Below are positions 1-9,382 of a stretch of DNA of 64,000 bases, in pieces. The notes below the pieces were generated by a model. That model did no database searches. It was not told where the DNA came from and saw only the letters and a list, made by a program, of their open reading frames with translations. The translations under genes were made by a program, and so were the position numbers. Source of the stretch: an uncultured Bacteroidota bacterium (GTDB lineage: Bacteria; Bacteroidota; Bacteroidia; Flavobacteriales; Flavobacteriaceae); NCBI GenBank assembly GCA_902593165.1, contig CACJHI010000005.1:9238-73237 (forward strand), in the 5' to 3' direction. The stretch's first letter is position 1. Each line of letters begins with the position of its first letter.

Positions 1-1405
1 CTGTAACATCATAAAGTTTTTGATGATTAAATTCCCCATCTTCTACAAACATTGGCAGAGCAATAGATGCAAGATTACAAACAGCTATTTCATCCTTTGA
101 TGTATATTCTAATATCTCTGTACATAAATTTGAAGATCTGATTGTACCAAGATTTTTTTGATTTGATTTTCTGTTTGCAGAATCTTTGTAAAGCATGTAA
201 GGTGTTCCAGTCTCAATTTGAGATTCTAAAATCTTTTCCCAAAGCTCTCTTGCTTTAATTGATTTTCTACCCTTAGATTTCTTTTCATATTTAAGATATA
301 GTTTATCAAACTCATCCCCATGACAATCATATAAACCTGGGCATTCATTCGGGCACATTAAAGTCCACTCTTCATTATTCTCTACTCTTTTCATAAATAG
401 ATCTGGAATCCACATTGCATAGAATAGGTCCCTAGCTCTCATTTCCTCTTTCCCGTGGTTTTTCTTTAAGTCAAGGAAATCATAAATATCAGCATGCCAT
501 GGCTCAATGTAAATAGCAAATGAACCTTTTCTTTTTCCACCACCCTGATCAACATATCTCGCTGTATCATTAAAAACTCTCAGCATGGGTACGATCCCAT
601 TAGATGTTCCGTTGGTTCCTGATATATATGAGCCAGTTGATCTAATGTTATGAATTGAAAGACCAATACCACCTGCTGACTGAGATATTTTAGCAGTTTG
701 TTTTAGTGTGTCATATATTCCATCAATACTGTCATCTTGCATAGTCAATAGGAAACATGAAGACATTTGAGGTTTTGGCGTGCCTGCATTGAATAGAGTT
801 GGTGTAGCATGAGTAAAATATTTTTTCGACATCAACTCATACGTATCAATTACAGCATCAATATCATTTAAGTGGATTCCAACTGACACCCTCATTAGCA
901 TATGCTGTGGTCTCTCAACTATCTTTCCATTAATCTTCAGTAAATATGATCTTTCAAGAGTTTTAAATCCAAAGTAATCATATCCAAAATCTCTATTATA
1001 AATAATTTTAGAATCTAACAGCTCTGCATTTTTCTTAATTACTTTATAAACTTCATCAGATAAAAGAGGAGCTTTTTTTCCTGTGATCGGATTCACATAA
1101 GCATGTAGATCCTTCATAGTCGATGAGAAAGACTTATTAGTGTTTTTATGTAAGTTGGAGACAGAAATTCTAGCTGCAAGTGAAGCATAATCTGGATGAG
1201 TAGTTGTCATTGTTGCAGCAATTTCTGCAGCAAGATTATCTAACTCAGAAGTAGTAACACCATCATAAAGACCTTCAATAACCCTCATGGCTACCCTAAC
1301 AGGGTCAACAAGCTCATTGAAACCATAGCAAAGCTTTTTAATCCTTGCGGTTATTTTGTCAAACATTATGGGCTCTTTCTTCCCGTCTCTTTTAATTACA
1401 TACAT
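1..1405 (-). CDS. nrdA: Ribonucleotide-diphosphate reductase alpha subunit (class Ia), N-terminal ~468 codons; ORF runs off the left edge
   Basis: Own minus-strand translation from ATG at 1405: [25 protein letters not shown] (ATP-cone). Further in: [64 protein letters not shown] (R1 core signature). Open to position 1; lies 50 nt downstream of nrdB. Confidence 0.9.
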   Translation of the reverse strand, partial: MYVIKRDGKKEPIMFDKITARIKKLCYGFNELVDPVRVAMRVIEGLYDGVTTSELDNLAAEIAATMTTTHPDYASLAARISVSNLHKNTNKSFSSTMKDLHAYVNPITGKKAPLLSDEVYKVIKKNAELLDSKIIYNRDFGYDYFGFKTLERSYLLKINGKIVERPQHMLMRVSVGIHLNDIDAVIDTYELMSKKYFTHATPTLFNAGTPKPQMSSCFLLTMQDDSIDGIYDTLKQTAKISQSAGGIGLSIHNIRSTGSYISGTNGTSNGIVPMLRVFNDTARYVDQGGGKRKGSFAIYIEPWHADIYDFLDLKKNHGKEEMRARDLFYAMWIPDLFMKRVENNEEWTLMCPNECPGLYDCHGDEFDKLYLKYEKKSKGRKSIKARELWEKILESQIETGTPYMLYKDSANRKSNQKNLGTIRSSNLCTEILEYTSKDEIAVCNLASIALPMFVEDGEFNHQKLYDVT

Positions 1406-1455
1406 ACTTATTCCTTATTATTGCATTATTCAAAAAATTATTTAAATGATTATTT

Positions 1456-2433
1456 TTAGAAATCGTCGTCAAGACCAAAGTTTGACTCGTCTTTTTTATC
1501 ATTATTTAAAACACCTGCTTTCTGATACTCAGAAACCCTTTTCTCAAAGAAGTTGGTTTTACCTTGTAGGTTAATCATATCCATAAAGTCAAATGGATTT
1601 GAAACATTAAATTCTTTCTCACACCCAAACTGATCTAAAAGTCTATCCGTAACAAACTCCAGATATTGAGTCATTAATTTTGCATTCATACCTATTAGAC
1701 TTACAGGCAGTGATTCAGTAATAAACTCTCTTTCAATATTAAGCGCATCAATTAATATCTCCTTAATTCTTTCCTTAGGAACCTTATTGATCATGTGATT
1801 GTTATGTAGGTGAACTGCAAAATCACAATGAACACCTTCATCACGAGAGATTAACTCATTTGAAAATGTAAGACCTGGCATTAGACCTCTTTTCTTGAGC
1901 CAGAATATTGAACAAAATGAGCCCGAGAAAAATACTCCTTCAACACCTGCAAAAGCTATAAGTCTTTCAGCAAAAGAATCAGACTCAATCCATTTCAATG
2001 CCCAATCTGCTTTCTTTTTAATTGCAGGGAAATTCTCGATAGCCTTAAACAATGTATCTTTTTCTTTGTCATCCTTTACATAAGTATCAATTAAAAGTGA
2101 ATATGTTTCCGAATGAATATTCTCCATCATAATTTGGAATCCGTAGAAAAATTTTGCTTCTGAGTATTGAACTTCATTTACAAAGTTTTCTGCTAAGTTC
2201 TCATTTACAATACCATCAGATGCAGCAAAAAAAGCAAGAATATGTTTTATAAAGTATCTTTCGTCATCATTTAATTTTGTGCTCCAGTCATTTAAATCTT
2301 GATGCAAGTCAATCTCTTCTGCAGTCCAAAAGCTTGCTTCACATTTTTTATACCACTCCCATATATCATGATGCTTGATAGGGAAAATTACAAATCTGTC
2401 TTTGTTTTCTTGTAAAAGGGGTTCTTGCTGCAT
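1456..2433 (-). CDS. nrdB: Ribonucleotide reductase beta subunit (R2, di-iron/tyrosyl radical)
   Basis: 325-aa ORF with ferritin-like R2 motifs ([32 protein letters not shown]) and an acidic C-terminal tail ending DDDF. Confidence 0.95.
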   Translation of the reverse strand: MQQEPLLQENKDRFVIFPIKHHDIWEWYKKCEASFWTAEEIDLHQDLNDWSTKLNDDERYFIKHILAFFAASDGIVNENLAENFVNEVQYSEAKFFYGFQIMMENIHSETYSLLIDTYVKDDKEKDTLFKAIENFPAIKKKADWALKWIESDSFAERLIAFAGVEGVFFSGSFCSIFWLKKRGLMPGLTFSNELISRDEGVHCDFAVHLHNNHMINKVPKERIKEILIDALNIEREFITESLPVSLIGMNAKLMTQYLEFVTDRLLDQFGCEKEFNVSNPFDFMDMINLQGKTNFFEKRVSEYQKAGVLNNDKKDESNFGLDDDF

Positions 2434-2683
2434 AATAATAAATTTTGATTTATGATTTTTACTTACTTCAAATATTTAAAATTCTGATGAAAATTGAAAG
2501 AGGATTTTTCAAAGATTAACATAAAGTTTTTAACATTAAAAAAGAATAACTTTTTTTAATGTTTTTTTAATCTTTTTTCTCTACAATTTGAGCTAAAAAA
2601 AAAATTAAATTTTTAAATTTCTTCAATATATTTGGGCATTAAAATTGAATTAAAAAAATATTAATGATAGCTTTTTTTAGCTT

Positions 2684-2899
2684 ATGTTTGCATATCAAAA
2701 AATGAAAAATCTAGATAAAATTTTATTGTTTTTAACAATTTTGATTGTAGTATTTAATTTAACACAACTAAATATCTATAATTTTTTGGATGATGAAAAC
2801 AGAATTGCATTAATATGTTTTATTCTTTCACTATGTGCTCTTATCCTTATATTAATTTTAATGATTTCAAAAAAAATAAGAGACAAGTTCAAAAGCTAA
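2684..2899 (+). CDS. Small hypothetical membrane protein (2 predicted TM helices)
   Basis: 71-aa ORF with two hydrophobic stretches; no recognisable family. Confidence 0.3.
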   Translation: MFAYQKMKNLDKILLFLTILIVVFNLTQLNIYNFLDDENRIALICFILSLCALILILILMISKKIRDKFKS

Positions 2900-3315
2900 A
2901 TCTCAATAAAATCAACCTCTACGCCTGACTTTAATAAAAAATCAATTCCAGATTGATCTTTATATTTTTTGGAGTATACAATCCTTTTAATGCCAGATTG
3001 AAAAATAAGTTTGCTGCATTCTCTACATGGTGATAATGTTATATAAAGAGTAGCTCCATTTGTAGATTGAGTAGAACCAGAAACTTTTGCTATAGCGTTA
3101 GCCTCTGCATGAAGAACATACCATTTTGTATAACCTTCATCATCTTCACAAGGATTTTCAAATCCAGTTGGGGTTCCATTATATCCATCTGATATGATCA
3201 TCTTATCTTTTACAATTAATGCACCAACTTGTCTTCTTTTACAGTGTGATAATTTAGACCATTCCTCTGCCATTTTTAAATAGGCGATGTCATATTTTAA
3301 TTGTTTATTTTTCAA
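2896..3315 (-). CDS. Deoxycytidylate (dCMP) deaminase
   Basis: 139-aa ORF with cytidine/deoxycytidylate deaminase zinc motifs HAEANAI and PCRECSKLI. Confidence 0.85.
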   Translation of the reverse strand: MKNKQLKYDIAYLKMAEEWSKLSHCKRRQVGALIVKDKMIISDGYNGTPTGFENPCEDDEGYTKWYVLHAEANAIAKVSGSTQSTNGATLYITLSPCRECSKLIFQSGIKRIVYSKKYKDQSGIDFLLKSGVEVDFIEI

Positions 3316-3401
3316 TTTTGATCTTTAATTATTGATTGCTAAATATAAGTTAATCTGAATTTATTTTTTGACTTTCTTTATATATTTGTAAAAAAAATAA
3401 A

Positions 3402-3812
3402 ATGTACCCAGAAGAAATCGTAAAACCAATGAAGCTTGAATTAACTAATTCAGGTTTTTCAGAACTAACTTCATCAGAAGATGTTAAATCAGCATTAGAT
3501 AAAGAAGGCACTACACTTATTGTGGTAAATTCTGTATGTGGATGTGCTGCAAGAAATGCAAGACCTGGAGTGATTATGTCTTTGTCCAACGAATCTAAAC
3601 CTGATAATCTTTGTACTGTATTTGCTGGATTTGATATTGAAGCAACTAACACTGCAAGAGAAGAAATGCTTCCATTTCCACCATCTTCTCCATCCATTGC
3701 TTTATTCAAAAATGGTGAGCTGGTACACATGGTTGAAAGGCATCACATTGAAGGTAGAGAGGCCGATTTAATAGCTGACAATCTTATACAAGCGTATAAC
3801 GAATTTTGCTAA
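3402..3812 (+). CDS. Bacilliredoxin (BrxA/BrxB, YphP/YqiW, DUF1094 family)
   Basis: 136 aa. Near-colinear resemblance to B. subtilis YphP as I recall it: TTLIVVNSVCGCAA redox motif, PDNxxTVFAG, PSSPSIALFKNGELVH, C-terminal Cys. Confidence 0.85.
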   Translation: MYPEEIVKPMKLELTNSGFSELTSSEDVKSALDKEGTTLIVVNSVCGCAARNARPGVIMSLSNESKPDNLCTVFAGFDIEATNTAREEMLPFPPSSPSIALFKNGELVHMVERHHIEGREADLIADNLIQAYNEFC

Positions 3813-5261
3813 TTATTTAGGTAACGAGATTTTAAAATCTGTACCTTTTTTACTTTTTGATTTGTATGAAATTTTACCTCTGTGAGAGTTTATAATACTT
3901 CTTACAATACCTAAACCTAGACCCATTCCGTCAGACTTAGTTGTGAACTTTGGTTCAAATATCTTATCTCTATTATTTTTAGAAACTCCAAGTCCGTTAT
4001 CAGATACAGTTACTTTAACAGTTTTTAAGCTCTCAGTAATTTTTACAATGATAATTGGCTCTCTATCATGAGGGATTGCTTGGATACTATTTTTAATCAA
4101 ATTAGTCATCACTCTAATCCACTGTTCTTTATCTAGTTTAATAAAAATGTTTTCACTTGAAGTCTCGAGAGAAATATTATTTTGCTCAAAGATTTCAACA
4201 ACTTTTTTAGTTGCCTCTACAATATCAGTTTTTTCAAGCTGTGTCTTTGGAAGAGTCGCAAAATCTGAAAAAGATGTAGCAACATTACTCATTGTATCTA
4301 TTTGTTCTATTAAAGTATCACAAAAGTCATTTAACTTATCTTTCTGGTCTTCACCTTTTTTTGTACCACTATTTTTTTGAAAGCTTTGAACAGTTAGCCT
4401 CATTGGTGTTAACGGATTTTTAATTTCATGTGCTACTTGTTTAGCCATTTCCTGCCAAGCCTGCTCTCTCTCAGTTTTTGCTAATCTTTCCGCACTATCT
4501 TCAAGATCATCAATCATCTTATTATATGAGTTCACAAGACTATCAATCTCCTTTGTTGCATTGCTTAAATAAATCTTTTCATTTTTTTTAAGTAACCCTG
4601 CTTGTCCAATTTTTAGTCGAATAGTTTCAATGGACCTAGTAACATATCTTGATATAAAGTAAGCTAACACAATGGCAACTACAAGCATAATAAAGTATAT
4701 CTGATAAAGAGTTGATAAGAAAACATTCAATTCACTCTCAGCAAAAGAAACATCTTGAAAATATGGGAAAAAAAGTATTGCATATTTTTCTCCAATATCA
4801 TTTTTTAGTACACTGTAAGATGCTTGGAATTTTCCAACATCTGTAAAATTTTCTGATGTAAATTTTCCCTCCTCTGTTGAAACTAACATCTCTGCAAAAT
4901 CCTCCTCTAAGGAATAATTATTAGATATTACATCAAGTGGAAGATATGAGTAAAAGAGTGGGCGACCACCAGTTGTAAAAATTGAGTATTCGACACTATG
5001 GATTTTTGTTATCTCTTCAAAATCTTTTTCATACCCTTCCCATAAATCATATTGGTCTGAAAGATCATATTTATTAACTATGTAATTTATTTGTCTTTTT
5101 AATTGGTTTTCCTTTCTCTCTTGTCTGTAAGAGTTGTACTGATCAGATTCAGTTCTATATTGATAATAAGTTGAACCTAAAACCAAAAGTGTAGCAGTAA
5201 AAACTAATAATATCATTGAGATAAATATTCTTAATCTCAGAGACATTTTATTTTTAAACAT
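3813..5261 (-). CDS. Membrane sensor histidine kinase with no adjacent response regulator
   Basis: 482 aa. N-terminal TM, periplasmic-like region, second TM, H-box AHEIKNPLTPM, and a C-terminal HATPase region (DNGLGV, GMGLGLGIV). Confidence 0.85.
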   Translation of the reverse strand: MFKNKMSLRLRIFISMILLVFTATLLVLGSTYYQYRTESDQYNSYRQERKENQLKRQINYIVNKYDLSDQYDLWEGYEKDFEEITKIHSVEYSIFTTGGRPLFYSYLPLDVISNNYSLEEDFAEMLVSTEEGKFTSENFTDVGKFQASYSVLKNDIGEKYAILFFPYFQDVSFAESELNVFLSTLYQIYFIMLVVAIVLAYFISRYVTRSIETIRLKIGQAGLLKKNEKIYLSNATKEIDSLVNSYNKMIDDLEDSAERLAKTEREQAWQEMAKQVAHEIKNPLTPMRLTVQSFQKNSGTKKGEDQKDKLNDFCDTLIEQIDTMSNVATSFSDFATLPKTQLEKTDIVEATKKVVEIFEQNNISLETSSENIFIKLDKEQWIRVMTNLIKNSIQAIPHDREPIIIVKITESLKTVKVTVSDNGLGVSKNNRDKIFEPKFTTKSDGMGLGLGIVRSIINSHRGKISYKSKSKKGTDFKISLPK

Positions 5262-5416
5262 AGTTACTCAATTATTTAGTAAGTAAATATATTAAAGTTT
5301 TAACCAAATGATTTAAGCCCAAGACTTAAATAGTCGGAATTATATTAGAGGATACCATTATATAGGTAAACATATAAATTAGAAGTATAAGGCAATAGAG
5401 TAAGAAGTATGGATTA

Positions 5417-5539
5417 TTATCCTTTCACTTGGTGATCTCCACAAATGTTATTAGCCTCAACTTCAACATTATGTTTTGCACAAACTAATGACTCTGTCAT
5501 ATTTGTACAATTTATACATGTATTAACTGTTTGAATCAT
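5417..5539 (-). CDS. Unannotated 40-aa four-Cys small protein (possibly DUF1540-like)
   Basis: Own translation: MIQTVNTCINCTNMTESLVCAKHNVEVEANNICGDHQVKG, ATG to TAA. Below the ORF-track size cutoff. The pattern C-x2-C...C-A-x-H-x-V-x-V...C resembles DUF1540 repeats. Confidence 0.35.
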   Translation of the reverse strand: MIQTVNTCINCTNMTESLVCAKHNVEVEANNICGDHQVKG

Positions 5540-5584
5540 TTTAAATAATTTTCAATAAAATTAATTCAAAAAACGTTTAGAATG

Positions 5585-5617
5585 ATTTTAAATTACTCAT
5601 TTACAGTAATTTAAAAT
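5585..5617 (-). terminator. AT-rich hairpin just downstream of the ABC ATPase gene; possible terminator of the fbp operon
   Basis: Perfect 13-bp inverted repeat ATTTTAAATTACT / AGTAATTTAAAAT with a 7-nt loop, 27 nt after the stop at 5644. The U-run is displaced about 11 nt, so this is weak. Confidence 0.3.
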
Positions 5618-5643
5618 GATTATAAATAAAGAAATTAATGGGT

Positions 5644-6606
5644 TTAGGTGAAGAAATTACTACATCTTCTATCAAACTCTAAAAGATCACTCTTGTCAAA
5701 ATCAATAAACAAATTATTGGTATCCTTAATTGGTGTTGAATTATAAAAGTATATTTCATCTTTATTTAAGATCCCTTTTATCTTATACTCTTTACCAATA
5801 AATGAGGTCTTTTCAACTTTTAATTTATGTTCTGACTTATCTACAATTTTAATTTTTTCAGGTCTTATATAAAGTTCTTTTCCATCAATATGGATTCTGT
5901 TTAAATCACCTAAAATTTTAGCACAATAACAATTAACTGGATTACAATACATTTCCTCCGGCTTATCATATTGCTGGACTATCCCTGCTTTAAAGACAAG
6001 TATTCTGTCTGAAATATCAAAAGTATCTTTTATATCATGAGTTACTAGAATTGTAGTAGTGTTTGTACTTTTTAATATTTTATATACTTCATTTTGAATT
6101 TTTGATTTAATGCTAACATCCAGATTACTAAACGGTTCATCCATAAGAAGTAGGTCGGGCTCTCTAATCAAGGCTCTTGTTATGCAAACTCTCTGTTGTT
6201 CACCACCAGATAGCTCGTGAGGATATCGATTCAATAAATTATCTAGTCCCGTAAGCTCGACATAATACTCAATATTTTTTTCATATTTTTTTTCCAAGTT
6301 TATTTTCAGGTTTTCAAGAACGCTTAGATGTGGGAAGAGAGGGTAGTCCTGAAAAATAAAACCAATTTTTCTATGATTTGGCATTACAAATGTTGTCTTA
6401 TCATCTAATACCCTATTGTTTAACGTAATTTTTCCAGAATTTATTTTTTCAAGACCTGCTAAACATTTTAAAAAAGTAGTTTTACCAGAACCACTTTCAC
6501 CAATAAAAGAAACAAACTCGCCTTTATTAACAGAAAAGTTTAAATCCTTAATTAATGGATCTTCTTTACTGTAAAACTTAACTAAATTTTCAATGTTAAG
6601 ATACAT
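5644..6606 (-). CDS. fbpC: ABC transporter ATP-binding protein (Fe3+ importer type)
   Basis: Walker A GESGSGKTT, signature LSGGEQQR, Walker B LLLMDEP. Overlaps the permease gene by 11 nt. Confidence 0.8.
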   Translation of the reverse strand: MYLNIENLVKFYSKEDPLIKDLNFSVNKGEFVSFIGESGSGKTTFLKCLAGLEKINSGKITLNNRVLDDKTTFVMPNHRKIGFIFQDYPLFPHLSVLENLKINLEKKYEKNIEYYVELTGLDNLLNRYPHELSGGEQQRVCITRALIREPDLLLMDEPFSNLDVSIKSKIQNEVYKILKSTNTTTILVTHDIKDTFDISDRILVFKAGIVQQYDKPEEMYCNPVNCYCAKILGDLNRIHIDGKELYIRPEKIKIVDKSEHKLKVEKTSFIGKEYKIKGILNKDEIYFYNSTPIKDTNNLFIDFDKSDLLEFDRRCSNFFT

Positions 6607-8176
6607 CTACGCCTTTGTTTATAATTTTCCTCAAAAATATCAATAAAACTGCACCTAGTAAAATAATAATCAAAGAGTATATGGAAGATTTTGCAATCAT
6701 TTCTTCAATTGCATATTCATAAGTCCTAACAGCCAGGGTGTCAAAATTAAAAGGTCTTAGAATTAAAGTAATTGGCAGCTCCTTTATTATATCTACAAAA
6801 CATAAAATAAACGCAATATATATTGAGTTAATGTTTATAGGTAAATGAATTTTTTTAAATAGTTTAAAATTGGTCATTCCTAGATTCTTTCCAGTATCAT
6901 CGAATGTCTCCGGATGTTTATCAAAGCTTGATCTAAGAGGGGATATTCCAACTGCCATATATCTCATTACATAAGCATATACTAATATTATAACTGATCC
7001 AAAAGCTATTGAGACTCCAATTAACTTAGTTAAATATGCTAAAAAAATTATCAGTGATAAAGCAATTACTGCTCCTGGTAAGGCATATGTAAGCGAGACT
7101 ATCTCACTTAGGTAAAAAACAGTTTTACTTTTAGATATCTTTTTTATAAACTGAAAAAAAATTGCAATAGCTACTATTATTAAAGATGAAACTGAAGCTA
7201 AAAAGAATGAGTTTAAAGATAAATTTATTAGCTCTTTAAAGTCTATAATATCTATAGTTTTAAAAACATTATTTATTATGTAAATAACTGGAATAAAGAA
7301 ACCTAAAATAAATGGAAATGAGCAGATTAAATAAATTATTACTCTTGATAATTTATTTGTAGAATAATTACCAGATACATTATCATTTGATTTATAGTTG
7401 TATCTGTATTTGGAAGTTGAGTACCTTTCTAAAATAAAAAAAATAGATACAATAATAAGAAGACAAACAGCTAAAATAGATGCTGTATTTATGTCTTCCA
7501 TTGAGTACCAAGATCTAAATATCCCACTTGTAAAAGTGTTAACTCCAAAGTACTTGACGGCTCCATATTCATTTAGTACTTCCATTATAATTAAAAATAA
7601 ACCTGAAAAAATCGAAACTCTAGATATTGGCAAAATAATCTTGAAAAAAGTTTGAAACTGAGACATTCCAAGATTTTTAGAAATGTTAATATAATTCGAT
7701 CCTAGGAGTGAAAAAGATATTCTACATGCAGTATATAAGTAGGGATATAAAACAAGTGCCATTAGAAATGCCAGAACCTCAATTTGTAAATAATCATGAT
7801 TTACGTACTTATATAGATCAGGGTAATTATTCCTAAAGAGGCTTTGAATAGGACCGGTATAACTTAAAAGGTCACTATATGTAAATGCAATAATATATGA
7901 TGGAATAGCTAAAGGCAAAAATAGCACTAAATCAAAAAAGTTTTTCCCTTTGAAATTTGTTGTGGATACAAACCAAGCAGGAATAATACCAAGTATTAAA
8001 GAAAAAAAAACTGTTAGTGATAAAAGATAAATTGTATTGAGTGAGTAACCCAATAAAAGATTATTCCATAAATAAATAAACGTATCAAGGCTCAGTCCAA
8101 TTACACTATATAAAAGATAGATCAATGGACATAATAAAAAGACAGAAATGATTGATGTTAATAGTTTAACATTCAT
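6596..8176 (-). CDS. fbpB: Fused two-domain ABC permease (Fe3+ importer type)
   Basis: 526 aa, about 12 hydrophobic helices, duplicated permease architecture typical of FbpB/FutB. Confidence 0.75.
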   Translation of the reverse strand: MNVKLLTSIISVFLLCPLIYLLYSVIGLSLDTFIYLWNNLLLGYSLNTIYLLSLTVFFSLILGIIPAWFVSTTNFKGKNFFDLVLFLPLAIPSYIIAFTYSDLLSYTGPIQSLFRNNYPDLYKYVNHDYLQIEVLAFLMALVLYPYLYTACRISFSLLGSNYINISKNLGMSQFQTFFKIILPISRVSIFSGLFLIIMEVLNEYGAVKYFGVNTFTSGIFRSWYSMEDINTASILAVCLLIIVSIFFILERYSTSKYRYNYKSNDNVSGNYSTNKLSRVIIYLICSFPFILGFFIPVIYIINNVFKTIDIIDFKELINLSLNSFFLASVSSLIIVAIAIFFQFIKKISKSKTVFYLSEIVSLTYALPGAVIALSLIIFLAYLTKLIGVSIAFGSVIILVYAYVMRYMAVGISPLRSSFDKHPETFDDTGKNLGMTNFKLFKKIHLPININSIYIAFILCFVDIIKELPITLILRPFNFDTLAVRTYEYAIEEMIAKSSIYSLIIILLGAVLLIFLRKIINKGVDVS

Positions 8177-8194
8177 CGTTGATGCTTTTAGGTT

Positions 8195-9214
8195 CTACTT
8201 CCAACCTCCAGCATCAAATATACGAATTGCGTCATTTCTTTTGACACCTAACATATTCAAGTCAAGTGGGTCTTTTTTAAAAGTACCCCAAGCTTTAACA
8301 ATATCATTTGGCTCAATATTAGGTTTAACAGAATATTCATATGTATTGTTTACATATATTTCTTGAGCCTCATCACTAGTAAGATATTCAATCAGTTTTA
8401 GTGCGTTAGATTTGTTAGGAGCATTTTTTGCAAGAGCAACTCCTGAAACATTTATATGAGATCCTCTTTCTCCATCCCCTTGATTTGGAAAAAATACTGA
8501 AATTGATTTTCCTGCATTTACCTCCTCTTCATTTTCTGATGAAAGTAGAAGCCCTATATAATATGAGTTAACAATAGCAACATCACCTTGACCAGCAGCA
8601 ATTGCTTTTACCTGATCTCTATCATTTCCTTTAGGATCTCTAGCAAAATTTGAAACTACTGCCTTAGTCCAATTTTGTGTTGCATCTTCTCCTAGATTAG
8701 CAACAAGTGATGATAAAAGGGCTTGGTTATATGAATTGGATGATGATCTTACTAAAAGTCTTCCTTTCCACTTTCCATTTGCTAAGTCTTCATATGTAGA
8801 TAGATCACTTTTTTGAACCCTTTCATTACTGTATACAAGAATCCTTGATCTGTACGTGACTGGCACCCAATATCCATTAGGATCAATTAAGCTTTCTGTA
8901 ATTCCATCAGTCAAATTATCATCATTATATTTTTGGAGCAGATCCATATCGGATGCTTGCCATAATTTACCGACGTCAACTGTAATAAATAAATCTGCAG
9001 GACTATTCTCTCCTTCGTTCTTCATCCTTTGAATTAATTCATCAGCATTAGCCTTGATAACATTTACTTTAATACCTGTAATTTTTTCAAAATTATCATA
9101 TTGAATTTGATCAACATCATAGTGTCTCTGACTATACATATTGACAATTTGTTCCGAATTATTATTTGAACAAGCTAAAATAAATAGGGCGAAAAGAGGG
9201 AATAATTTTTTCAT
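8195..9214 (-). CDS. fbpA: Fe(3+) ABC transporter substrate-binding lipoprotein (FbpA/FutA/IdiA type)
   Basis: VNMYSQRHYDVDQIQYDNFEKITGIKVNVIKANADELIQRMKNEGENSPADLFITVDVGKLW matches the FutA/AfuA N-lobe pattern. I prefer the ATG at 9214 (MKKLFPLFALFILAC lipobox) to the TTG at 9235 in the ORF track. Confidence 0.85.
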   Translation of the reverse strand: MKKLFPLFALFILACSNNNSEQIVNMYSQRHYDVDQIQYDNFEKITGIKVNVIKANADELIQRMKNEGENSPADLFITVDVGKLWQASDMDLLQKYNDDNLTDGITESLIDPNGYWVPVTYRSRILVYSNERVQKSDLSTYEDLANGKWKGRLLVRSSSNSYNQALLSSLVANLGEDATQNWTKAVVSNFARDPKGNDRDQVKAIAAGQGDVAIVNSYYIGLLLSSENEEEVNAGKSISVFFPNQGDGERGSHINVSGVALAKNAPNKSNALKLIEYLTSDEAQEIYVNNTYEYSVKPNIEPNDIVKAWGTFKKDPLDLNMLGVKRNDAIRIFDAGGWK

Positions 9215-9256
9215 ATCTGACTTATTAAAGCACAATATTAAAAAAAAATTATTTTT

Positions 9257-9366
9257 ATTTAGACTAATTCTAAATAAATATTTAAATTAGCTCTGAAAAT
9301 AATTTAGAACGGTTCTAAATAATTTAGAAATCAATCAACCATAAACCACTTAGGACCGTTCTAAAT
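9257..9366. promoter_or_regulatory. Array of palindromic operator-like sites (half-site ATTTAGAAC) in the divergent fbpA / DUF4856 promoter region
   Basis: Perfect 19-bp palindrome ATTTAGAACgGTTCTAAAT at 9302-9320. An overlapping inverted arrangement TTCTAAATaATTTAGAA at 9313-9329. Imperfect copies at 9257-9275 and 9348-9366. Confidence 0.5.
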
Positions 9367-9382
9367 GTATTAAACAAATACA

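Noticed and set aside
2532-2563. Inverted repeat AACATTAAAAAA / TTTTTTAATGTT in the nrdB upstream region
   Set aside because: The stem is pure A/T and thermodynamically very weak, with no convergent gene to terminate. It is likely a compositional by-product.
2624-2634. Possible NrdR box (CAATATATTTG) upstream of nrdB
   Set aside because: It is only a partial match to the ACACTATATATAGTGT-type consensus in very AT-rich DNA. There is no second box at the usual helical spacing, and I cannot tell whether nrdR exists in this genome.
3350-3730. 126-aa minus-strand ORF overlapping the bacilliredoxin gene
   Set aside because: It is antisense to a confidently identified gene, has Ser/Leu-rich mirror composition and no recognisable motifs. 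The same reasoning applies to 1895-2083, 4147-4380, 7398-7655, 14977-15240, 17428-17706, 18091-18354, 19170-19451, 22056-22238, 25730-25918 and 26396-26593.
9215-9235. TTG-initiated N-terminal extensions offered by the ORF track (fbpA 9235, SCO 44897, trmH-family 50196, His-rich receptor 48389)
   Set aside because: In each case an internal ATG a few codons downstream gives a canonical signal peptide, lipobox or family-typical N-terminus, so the shorter models were used.
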